This document shows positions 1 through 8,040 of a stretch of DNA of 64,000 nt, piece after piece. Both the position numbers and the translations under genes were made by a program. Position 1 is the stretch's first letter. Each line of letters begins with the position of its first letter. This DNA is from Clostridia bacterium (GTDB taxonomy: Bacteria; Bacillota; Clostridia; Christensenellales; Borkfalkiaceae): contig JAFVRE010000051.1 in the NCBI GenBank assembly GCA_017504465.1, positions 5,218-69,217 on the forward strand, written 5' to 3'. A model generated the notes under the pieces. It searched no databases. It worked only from the letters and a program-made list of their open reading frames with translations, and had not been told where the DNA came from.

Positions 1-2
1 AC

Positions 3-1202
3 GTGCTCAACGAACAGCTTTACCACGACAGCGAACGCGCGCACGTGTTTGGGAATATCCTTGGCCCTATCATCAATAATATCGGCAACTTCAATTACGT
101 GTTACTCGCTACCGTTGGCGGAGCGCTCTTCACCTTCGGTGCGCCGAATATCGGCATTGAAAGCATTAAAATAGGCATTGTTCCCATCACTATCGGTACG
201 GTGCTCGCGTTCTTATCCATTTCCAAGAACTTCACGCGAACGATCAATCAGCTTTCTCATCAGGTATCCATGATAGCGATGGGGCTTGCAGGCGCGTCGC
301 GTATTTTCGAGCTTATGGACGAAGAACCCGAAAAGGACGAAGGTTACGTCACGCTCGTGAACGCAAAACACGGCGAAGACGGTCAGCTCATAGAAACGTC
401 CGAACGTACGGGGCTTTGGGCTTGGAAACACTATCATCAGTCGGACGATACGACAACCTACGTCGAGCTTAAAGGGGATATCGTCATGGAGAACGTGGAC
501 TTTGGTTACGTACCCGAAAAGCAAGTCTTAAAAGACGTTTCGCTGTACGCAAGACCGGGACAAAAAATCGCGTTCGTCGGCGCGACGGGCGCAGGTAAGA
601 CCACGATTACAAATCTTATCAACCGTTTTTATGATATTGCGGATGGGAAAATCCGTTACGACGGTATTAACGTCAATAAAATTAAAAAGTCCGACCTTCG
701 CCGTTCCTTAGGCGTGGTTTTGCAGGACGTAAATTTATTTACGGGCACGGTTATGGATAATATCCGTTACGGCAGATTGGACGCGACGGACGAAGAATGT
801 ATGGAAGCAGCAAAGCTTGCGAACGCAGACGACTTTATCCGCCGCCTTCCCGAAGGCTACAACACCATGCTCACGAACAACGGCGCAAACCTTTCCCAAG
901 GTCAACGCCAACTCCTCTCAATAGCAAGAGCCGCCGTTGCGGATCCCCCCGTTATGATTTTGGACGAAGCGACCTCTTCCATTGACACACACACCGAAGC
1001 GCTCGTTCAAGACGGTATGGATAAACTTATGCACGGCAGAACAGTTTTCGTTATCGCGCACCGTCTTTCCACCGTTCGTAACTCCGACGCGATCATGGTT
1101 CTTGATAAAGGCGAGATTATCGAACGCGGTACGCACGAACAGCTTATCGAGCAAAAGGGGACGTATTATCAGTTATACACTGGCGCCTTTGAGCTGGAAT
1201 AA
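3..1202 (+). CDS. ABC exporter, fused permease/ATPase, C-terminal part (true 5' end lies outside the window)
   Basis: ORF open to the left edge. Walker A GATGAGKTT, ABC signature LSQGQRQ, Walker B VMILDEATS, H-loop AHRLST. Confidence 0.9.
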   Translation: MLNEQLYHDSERAHVFGNILGPIINNIGNFNYVLLATVGGALFTFGAPNIGIESIKIGIVPITIGTVLAFLSISKNFTRTINQLSHQVSMIAMGLAGASRIFELMDEEPEKDEGYVTLVNAKHGEDGQLIETSERTGLWAWKHYHQSDDTTTYVELKGDIVMENVDFGYVPEKQVLKDVSLYARPGQKIAFVGATGAGKTTITNLINRFYDIADGKIRYDGINVNKIKKSDLRRSLGVVLQDVNLFTGTVMDNIRYGRLDATDEECMEAAKLANADDFIRRLPEGYNTMLTNNGANLSQGQRQLLSIARAAVADPPVMILDEATSSIDTHTEALVQDGMDKLMHGRTVFVIAHRLSTVRNSDAIMVLDKGEIIERGTHEQLIEQKGTYYQLYTGAFELE

Positions 1203-1290
1203 AGTCGCGTTTGAAGTCGCGTTGTATATACGTCGCAATACTTCGTTGTCGCTCGGTTACGAACAGTTACATTTTTCCTCCCAGTGAAAG
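1203..1290 (+). repeat. weaker member of the post-stop-codon repeat family (after the ABC gene)
   Basis: cgcgttgtatatacgtcgcaatacttcgttgtcgct resembles acgcgtatatactacgcatttcttcgttgcgct at 3921. Confidence 0.5.
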
Positions 1291-1325
1291 ATAGAAAATT
1301 TAGGTCAAAGGGTTATCGCCCCACG

Positions 1326-1360
1326 AAAAAAACCACAGGTTTTTTGCCTGCGGTTTTTTC
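1326..1360 (+). terminator. rho-independent terminator after the ABC gene
   Basis: Stem ccacagg/cctgcgg (one mismatch) followed by a T6 run. Confidence 0.7.
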
Positions 1361-1394
1361 GTTCGAAAACGACGAAATTCGTTTGGAAATACGC

Positions 1395-1423
1395 TTGCCA
1401 AAATTCCAGTTGTATGGTATAAT
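1395..1423 (+). promoter_or_regulatory. promoter of pcrA
   Basis: TTGCCA, 17-nt spacer, TGG-TATAAT. Confidence 0.6.
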
Positions 1424-1432
1424 AATAGGACT

Positions 1433-3913
1433 ATGAACGCAATGCATGAAATACTTGAACAACTTAATGAAGAACAAATCAAACCCGTCTTACAAACGGA
1501 AGGGCCCGTGCTTGTTCTTGCGGGCGCGGGTAGCGGAAAAACCCGCGTTTTGACGTCGCGTATTGCTTACCTCATCGGCGAAAAGCGCATACCTGCCGAG
1601 GCGATACTCGCCATTACCTTCACAAATAAGGCGGCGGCGGAAATGAAAGAGCGTATCGAAAAAATCGCGGACGCGCGCGGTATGTGGGTATGTACTATCC
1701 ATAGCATGTGCGTACGCATTTTGAGAATGTTTGCCGCTGAAGCGGGCGTTACGCCGAATTTTTCTATTTATAGTGAAACCGAACGCAACAACATTATCAA
1801 AAAATCTTTTCAAGAATGTGATTACGACGATGAAAAACTTTTAAAAAGCGTAAAATATCACATCGCGAACGCGAAGATGCTCGGTTACGCTCCTGAACGC
1901 TATGCAAACGAATTTGCGGGAGAGCGGGATATTGAAGATATCGTAAAAATTTACGCGCAGTATCAAAAGCACTTAAAGGAAAACAACGCGCTCGACTTTG
2001 ACGATTTATTAAACGAAACGCGTAACCTTTTATATCGCGACGACAACGCGCGTGAATATCTTGCGGGCCGTTTTCGTTATATTCTCGTTGACGAGTTTCA
2101 GGATACGAACGTCGTGCAGTACGAGATAGTAAAACTGCTTTCGTCCGTACACGGTAACTTATTCGCGGTTGGCGACGACGACCAGTCGATTTACGGTTGG
2201 CGTGGCGCGAAGATAGAAAATATCCTGCATTTTGAAAAGGATTTTAAGGACGCAAAAGTCTTTAAATTAGAGCGAAATTACCGCTCCACAAAAGGCATAT
2301 TAAAGCTTGCAAATACCGTTATTAAAAACAACGGTAGGCGCAAGGATAAAACGCTTTGGACGGAGAACGAAGAAGGGGACAAACCCAAAGCGCACGAAGC
2401 GGAAGAAGAGAGCGGAGAAGCTCGGTTTGTGGCGCACACAATCGCAGGGTTGATGCGGTATGGGTATAAATACTCCGATTTTGCCGTTTTGATGCGGCTC
2501 AACGCACTTACGCGTTCCTTCGAACAAGAATTCACTTCGGACGGCATTCCCTACAAGGTATTCGGGGGCTTTAAGTTCTTTGAAAGAAAGGAAATTAAAG
2601 ACCTGCTTGCATATCTCCGTCTTATCAACAACCCGTTCGACAGCGAGGCGGCGGTGCGTGTTATCAACTTCCCTAAGCGCGGAATCGGCGCAAAGACGGT
2701 TGAAACGCTCCAAAATTACGCCTATGAAACGGAATTATCCGTTTACGACGCTCTTTTGGATGTGGACGAAATAGGATTCAATAGCGGTACCAAGCAAAAA
2801 CTCAACGAGTTCACCGCGCTCGTTAAAAAATGGATTATAGAAAGCCAGGAACTTCCCGTCAACGAGCTTGTAAAACATATCGTTATCGACACGAATATGC
2901 GTGGCGCGTATTCGGACAACAGCGACGAGAGTATTAACAAACTTGCAAATATCGAAGAATTTATCAATTCCGTGGACGAATATTGCAGACTCAATCAAGG
3001 CGCGACGTTGACCGATTATCTCAATCAAGTCACTTTGAGTTCGGATACAGACGAAATGGACGATAGCGATTACGTAACGCTCGCCACCATTCACTCGGTC
3101 AAGGGCTTGGAATTCAAATGCGTATTTATCATAGGCATGGAAGAGAATATTTTGCCTGTATCACGCAGTGTGGAGAATCCCGACGATTTAGAAGAAGAAA
3201 GGCGTCTTACCTACGTTGCAATCACGCGTGCAAAGGAACGCTTATATCTTACTCGATCCAAGAGCCGTTATTTATACGGCAAACGCGAACCGACGATGCG
3301 TTCAAGATTTTTAAAAGAACTCGCTTCGGAAATCGAATTGCCCAAAGAATCCTTGAGAAACGGCTACGGAAATTACGGTAGTTACGGTTACGGTTCGGAC
3401 GGTTACGGCGACGACGATCCCGAAGCCTACGGAAATTCTGCCTACGGCGCGGCGCGTTACGACGATAATTCCGCTTACCGCTCCTACGGTACGGGCACTT
3501 CTTCACGAAACGGATACGCTTCTTCTACGCCTAAGCGTAGCACGTGGACAGGTTACGGAAATTCGTCTTACGGCGGAGCAGGTTACGGAAATTCAGCCGC
3601 CAAACGCACGGGTACGTACACGGGCAGTTACGGCTCGGGAACGTACGGAGCTTCGCAATCAAGCTCGGCGAATAGACAATCAGGTGGCAGCGTATATGGC
3701 GGAATCGGTAGCTTAAACAAAGCCAAGGCAGGCGCAGGAAAGGATTTAAGCGCTTTCAAAATCGGCGTAAAGGTCAAGCATCCAAAGTTTGGCGAAGGCA
3801 CGATCGTCGGTATGCGCGGTGTTGGCGCGAATATGATTTTAGACATTGCGTTCGTGGGCTTGGGGATAAAACAGCTTTCAGCCTCATTAGCGCCTTTAAC
3901 TGTGTTGAATTGA
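1433..3913 (+). CDS. pcrA: ATP-dependent DNA helicase PcrA/UvrD family with a long Y/G/S-rich linker before the C-terminal Tudor-like domain
   Basis: Motifs AGAGSGKT, DEFQDTN, LERNYRS, TIHSVKGLEF. C-terminal KFGEGTIV segment typical of PcrA. Confidence 0.93.
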   Translation: MNAMHEILEQLNEEQIKPVLQTEGPVLVLAGAGSGKTRVLTSRIAYLIGEKRIPAEAILAITFTNKAAAEMKERIEKIADARGMWVCTIHSMCVRILRMFAAEAGVTPNFSIYSETERNNIIKKSFQECDYDDEKLLKSVKYHIANAKMLGYAPERYANEFAGERDIEDIVKIYAQYQKHLKENNALDFDDLLNETRNLLYRDDNAREYLAGRFRYILVDEFQDTNVVQYEIVKLLSSVHGNLFAVGDDDQSIYGWRGAKIENILHFEKDFKDAKVFKLERNYRSTKGILKLANTVIKNNGRRKDKTLWTENEEGDKPKAHEAEEESGEARFVAHTIAGLMRYGYKYSDFAVLMRLNALTRSFEQEFTSDGIPYKVFGGFKFFERKEIKDLLAYLRLINNPFDSEAAVRVINFPKRGIGAKTVETLQNYAYETELSVYDALLDVDEIGFNSGTKQKLNEFTALVKKWIIESQELPVNELVKHIVIDTNMRGAYSDNSDESINKLANIEEFINSVDEYCRLNQGATLTDYLNQVTLSSDTDEMDDSDYVTLATIHSVKGLEFKCVFIIGMEENILPVSRSVENPDDLEEERRLTYVAITRAKERLYLTRSKSRYLYGKREPTMRSRFLKELASEIELPKESLRNGYGNYGSYGYGSDGYGDDDPEAYGNSAYGAARYDDNSAYRSYGTGTSSRNGYASSTPKRSTWTGYGNSSYGGAGYGNSAAKRTGTYTGSYGSGTYGASQSSSANRQSGGSVYGGIGSLNKAKAGAGKDLSAFKIGVKVKHPKFGEGTIVGMRGVGANMILDIAFVGLGIKQLSASLAPLTVLN

Positions 3914-3920
3914 AGAAGTT

Positions 3921-4050
3921 AAACGCGTATATACTACGCATTTCTTCGTTGCGCTACGTTTTTCTAAGTCGTGTACGTTCGTGTACACTTCTGTCGAAAA
4001 GCCTCGCGCGCCTTGAACTGCTTGTATCTCCGCGTTTGATGGTAGTCAGT
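3921..4050 (+). repeat. post-stop-codon repeat element, copy after pcrA
   Basis: About 70 percent identity by eye with 28231-28365 (shared aaacgcgtat, cgcatttcttcgt, gcttgta.ctccgcgttt...tagtc). Confidence 0.8.
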
Positions 4051-4066
4051 TACAGGATAACGGATT

Positions 4067-4095
4067 CCACAATGCAAGCTTTGCTTGCAATTCAT
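4067..4095 (-). repeat. solitary copy of the ATGAATTG-hairpin-CATTRTGG unit, upstream of ligA
   Basis: Reverse complement reads ATGAATTG-CAAGC-AAA-GCTTG-CATTGTGG. Copy at 10762-10790 reads ATGAATTG-CAAAC-GCT-GTTTG-CATTATGG. Confidence 0.8.
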
Positions 4096-4106
4096 TTTGG
4101 AGAATT

Positions 4107-6056
4107 ATGAACAGACAAAGAGAATTAACAGATATCTTAAACAAATGGGCATATGAATATTACGTTCTCGACAACCCCACCGTTTCCGACGGCGAATACG
4201 ATAAGCTCTACGACGAACTCCGCAAGCTTGAAGAACAAACGGGAGTGGTTTTTCCCGATTCTCCTACGCGCAGAGTAGGGGGCGAGCCCATCAAGGCATT
4301 TGAACGCCACGAACACGTTGCGCGTCTTTTCAGCCTTGATAAAGCGGTGACGAAGGAAGAATTGGAAGCTTTTGTGACGCGCGTAGAAAAGGCGGGCGGA
4401 GCGGACGTTGATTATACCGTTGAATATAAATTCGACGGACTTACCGTTTGTCTCACTTATGACAACGGCGAGTTTATCCGCGCGACGACGCGCGGTAACG
4501 GCATAGTCGGTGAAGACGTTACGGCGCAGGTGTTGACCATAAAATCCTTCCCTTTAAAAATCAAATATCCCCACCTTTTAGAAGTGCGCGGCGAAGCGGT
4601 GATTCGTTTGTCCGTGCTTGAAAAATATAACCAAACGGCGAGTGAGCCCTTGAAGAACGCGCGCAACGCGGTGGCAGGCGCTATCCGCAATCTTGATCCT
4701 AAAATCACCGCCGAAAGAAAACCGGATATTTATTTTTATGATATCAATTTCATGGGAGGCGGAGAGAGTCTTTCGCAAATTGAGGCGCATGATTTTCTAA
4801 TCGAGCAGGGATTTAAAGTTTTTCCGTATTTCAAAATTTGCAAGGGAAAAGAACTCTTTTCCGCAATCGAAGAAATTGAAAAAGGCAGAAAGGCGTTGGA
4901 CGTTTTAACGGACGGCGCAGTCGTCAAAGTGAGTGATGATAAACTTCGAGATTTCATGGGCGCAACCGATAAATTTCCGCGCTGGGCGACAGCGTATAAA
5001 TTTGAGGCGGAAGAAGTAACAACCATTTTAAAAGAAGTAATTTGGCAAGTTGGGAGAACGGGCAAGCTTACTCCGCTTGCACTTTTAGAGCCTGTCGATT
5101 TGGGCGGAGCAACCGTTTCAAGAGCCACTTTGAATAATTACGGCGACATTCAAAGAAAAAACGTTAAAATAGGAAGCCGTGTGCTCGTGCGTCGTTCTAA
5201 CGAAGTAATCCCTGAAATTTTAGGTGCAACCGAGCATTTTGAAAAGAGCCAAGAAGTGCAAAAACCTCGTACCTGCCCCGCATGTAACTCTATTTTAGAC
5301 GAAGTTGGGGCGCATCTATTTTGTCCAAATAAGTCTTGCGAGCCTCGAATTGCGGCAAAGCTTGACCATTTTGCGTCCAAAAACGCCATGGACATAGACG
5401 GATTTTCGGAAAGTACGGCTTGCGCGCTCATAGAACGGAAGCAGGTTAGAGAATTTTCCGATTTGTATCGCTTAACAGAAGAAGATTTGAAAGAGCTTGA
5501 CGGGTTTAAGGACAAAAAGATCCGCAATTTGCTTAGCGCAATCGAGAAAAGCAAACGCCCGACGCTTGACGCGTTTATCTACGCGATCGGCGTGGACGGG
5601 GTAGGCAGGGTAGCGGCGAAGGACCTTGCAAAGACTTTTAAGAGCATTGAAAAACTTAAAAACGCGACGATGGAAGAGCTTGTCGGTATGGAAAATATCG
5701 GCGAGATTACAGCGAGCGGTATTACTCAATATTTCTCGGACGAAGACAACCTGAAAGAGATTGATGATCTTTTCGCGCTCGGCGTAACGCCCGTGTGGGA
5801 AGAAAAGGGAGATATCGAAGGTGTTTTCAAGGGCGAATCAGTAGTTTTGACAGGCACGCTGAAAAATTTTAAGCGAAGCGAAGCGCAAAAACTAATTGAA
5901 GCGCAGGGCGGAACTTGTCAAAGCTCGGTCACGTCCAAAACCACGCTTGTTATCGCGGGCGAAGAGGCTGGAAGTAAGCTTGAAAAAGCGAAAAAATTAG
6001 GCATAAAGATCATCGACGAAGAGAGTTTTTCTCAAATACTCGAAAAAAAGGACTAA
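4107..6056 (+). CDS. ligA: NAD-dependent DNA ligase
   Basis: Adenylation motif EYKFDGL, four-Cys zinc finger (CPACNS...C..C), HhH region and BRCT-like C-terminus. 649 aa. Confidence 0.95.
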   Translation: MNRQRELTDILNKWAYEYYVLDNPTVSDGEYDKLYDELRKLEEQTGVVFPDSPTRRVGGEPIKAFERHEHVARLFSLDKAVTKEELEAFVTRVEKAGGADVDYTVEYKFDGLTVCLTYDNGEFIRATTRGNGIVGEDVTAQVLTIKSFPLKIKYPHLLEVRGEAVIRLSVLEKYNQTASEPLKNARNAVAGAIRNLDPKITAERKPDIYFYDINFMGGGESLSQIEAHDFLIEQGFKVFPYFKICKGKELFSAIEEIEKGRKALDVLTDGAVVKVSDDKLRDFMGATDKFPRWATAYKFEAEEVTTILKEVIWQVGRTGKLTPLALLEPVDLGGATVSRATLNNYGDIQRKNVKIGSRVLVRRSNEVIPEILGATEHFEKSQEVQKPRTCPACNSILDEVGAHLFCPNKSCEPRIAAKLDHFASKNAMDIDGFSESTACALIERKQVREFSDLYRLTEEDLKELDGFKDKKIRNLLSAIEKSKRPTLDAFIYAIGVDGVGRVAAKDLAKTFKSIEKLKNATMEELVGMENIGEITASGITQYFSDEDNLKEIDDLFALGVTPVWEEKGDIEGVFKGESVVLTGTLKNFKRSEAQKLIEAQGGTCQSSVTSKTTLVIAGEEAGSKLEKAKKLGIKIIDEESFSQILEKKD

Positions 6057-6104
6057 AAAAGCTTAAAATTCCTTGAAAAAACGGTAAATAATTCCTTTAA
6101 CTAC

Positions 6105-6133
6105 TTGAAAAAAGATAAAAAGTTTGTTATAAT
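6105..6133 (+). promoter_or_regulatory. promoter of yicC-gmk-rpoZ
   Basis: TTGAAA, 17-nt spacer, TGT-TATAAT. Confidence 0.6.
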
Positions 6134-6174
6134 GGAATACGATAAATTCTAAAGAATTTAATTTTGCAGAAGAA

Positions 6175-7062
6175 ATGGGTGAAAGTATGTTAAGTATGAC
6201 AGGCTACGGCAAAGGCGAATATAAGGAAGGCGGCATTGAACTGACCTGCGAAATCAAGACGGTCAATAACCGTTATTTAGACGTTTCTTTAAAGATGCCG
6301 AGAATTTTCGTTGCGTACGAAGAGATGATTCGTTCTTTAATTCGCGGTAAGCTCACGCGCGGTCACGCGGACGTCTTTGTTTCTTTCAAAGACAAGCGAG
6401 AAAAACCGACCTCTCTCACCGCTGATTTGGCGCTTGCGCAAGCGTACGTAAACGCAGCGAACGCGATTAAAGAGAAATTCCCCGAGCTTGAAAACGACGT
6501 AACGGTAGCAAAGGTACTTCGTTACCCCGAAGTATTGCACCAAGACGAAGTAGCGGTTGCAGACGACGAGCTTATTCAGGCTCTCAAAACAGCGGTTTCG
6601 GTCGCGCTTGAGAATTTGAACGCAATGCGTAGTGTGGAAGGCGAAAAGCTCAAAGCGGATATGCTTTCAAGAATGGCGACCATTGAAACTCTAGTCAAAG
6701 AGGTTTCTTTGCGTGCTCCCCAAGTGGCCGAAGAATACAAGCAAAAACTTTTAAACCGCGTCAAAGAATACCTCGACGGCGTAAACCCTGACGAGAGCCG
6801 ATTACTCACGGAAGTGGCGATATTTACCGATAAATCGAATATCGACGAGGAGCTTACGAGACTGTATTCGCATATCGAGCAATTCCGTGATATTTGCGAA
6901 GAGGGGATCGTCGGCAGAAAGCTGGATTTTCTCGTTCAAGAATTTAACCGCGAAGCGAATACGACTTGCTCAAAGAGTAACGACGTAGCGATTACAAGGC
7001 TCGGGCTTGCTCTTAAAAACGAGATTGAAAAGATTAGAGAACAGGTCCAAAACTTGGAATAA
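6175..7062 (+). CDS. YicC/YloC-family stress-induced protein (start could be the ATG at 6187)
   Basis: N-terminal SMTGYG and C-terminal EFNREANT motifs. Sits upstream of gmk-rpoZ, as in Firmicutes. Confidence 0.85.
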   Translation: MGESMLSMTGYGKGEYKEGGIELTCEIKTVNNRYLDVSLKMPRIFVAYEEMIRSLIRGKLTRGHADVFVSFKDKREKPTSLTADLALAQAYVNAANAIKEKFPELENDVTVAKVLRYPEVLHQDEVAVADDELIQALKTAVSVALENLNAMRSVEGEKLKADMLSRMATIETLVKEVSLRAPQVAEEYKQKLLNRVKEYLDGVNPDESRLLTEVAIFTDKSNIDEELTRLYSHIEQFRDICEEGIVGRKLDFLVQEFNREANTTCSKSNDVAITRLGLALKNEIEKIREQVQNLE

Positions 7063-7092
7063 GAAGGAAGATTTGCAAAGGAGAAATGGCAA

Positions 7093-7653
7093 ATGAGAAA
7101 CGTATTGATGGTGGTGTCCGGCCCGTCGGGCGTAGGAAAAGGTACGCTTGTAAAACGTTTATGCGCCGAGCGCGAAGACGTGGTGGAATCGGTATCCTGC
7201 ACCACTCGTGAGCCGAGAAAGGGCGAAATTCACGGTAGAGAATATTATTTTATTTCCATGTCCGAGTTTCAACGCCGTATTAAAGAAGGAGATTTTCTTG
7301 AATACGACGAGCATTTTGGAAATTTTTACGGCACGCCCATTTCTTTCGTTCGGGAACAGCTCAAAACCCGTTCCGTCGTTTTAGAGATCGACGTCGTGGG
7401 CGGAAAAATTGCGAAAGAAGCCTTCCCCGAATGTATCCTTATTATGATCGCGCCCCCTTCGTTAGAAGCGTTGAAAGGCAGATTGATTTCCCGTAATTCC
7501 GAAACGGCGGAAGAGATCGAAAATAGACTTTCACGTTTGGAATATGAGCTTTCACAGGCAAGTTCTTACGATTACGTAATTGTGAACGACGACTTGGAAA
7601 CGGCGTACCGCGATCTTAACGAGCTTATTGACGCGGAAAAATTAAAAGCATAA
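7093..7653 (+). CDS. gmk: guanylate kinase
   Basis: P-loop GPSGVGKGT, TTREPRKGE motif, 186 aa. Confidence 0.93.
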   Translation: MRNVLMVVSGPSGVGKGTLVKRLCAEREDVVESVSCTTREPRKGEIHGREYYFISMSEFQRRIKEGDFLEYDEHFGNFYGTPISFVREQLKTRSVVLEIDVVGGKIAKEAFPECILIMIAPPSLEALKGRLISRNSETAEEIENRLSRLEYELSQASSYDYVIVNDDLETAYRDLNELIDAEKLKA

Positions 7654-7696
7654 ACAAAATCGAAAAAATAAACCAAAAAAGGAGTATATAAAAATT

Positions 7697-7915
7697 ATGA
7701 TTAACGAACCTGCAGTTGACGTTTTAATCAGAAAACTTGGAACGGAGGAAGAACCGGTAAGCCGTTACGCGCTTTGCACGGTGGTAGCAAAACGCGCTCG
7801 TCAAATCATTGAAACGGAAAGAAATCTCGGTCACACTTCCGCTGGCAGAGATAAAGAAATCTTGGCGGCTTGCAAAGATATTGCGGACGGAAAAGTAGTT
7901 ATCGCAAAGGATTGA
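7697..7915 (+). CDS. rpoZ: DNA-directed RNA polymerase subunit omega
   Basis: 72 aa, RYALCTVVAKRARQI core, located after gmk. Confidence 0.85.
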   Translation: MINEPAVDVLIRKLGTEEEPVSRYALCTVVAKRARQIIETERNLGHTSAGRDKEILAACKDIADGKVVIAKD

Positions 7916-8040
7916 TTTGATTGCCAAGTCAGCGTTGACAGACTTTGTTAAGGCTTGCCTCGAACGAACTTCGAGGCATTTTCTCTAACGCATGGAAACC
8001 CCATAAAAATTCAGCAAAAAACGAAAAGGAGGGTTGCGGT

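Noticed and set aside
3910-4110. 66-aa ORF after pcrA; similar ORFs at 28129-28338 and the N-terminal 96 aa of the 28269-29276 ORF.
   Set aside because: They lie over the post-stop-codon repeat elements. Conservation between copies is at the nucleotide level, with frame-breaking indels. There is no SD. A clear promoter and a better start (28557) exist for the XRE gene.
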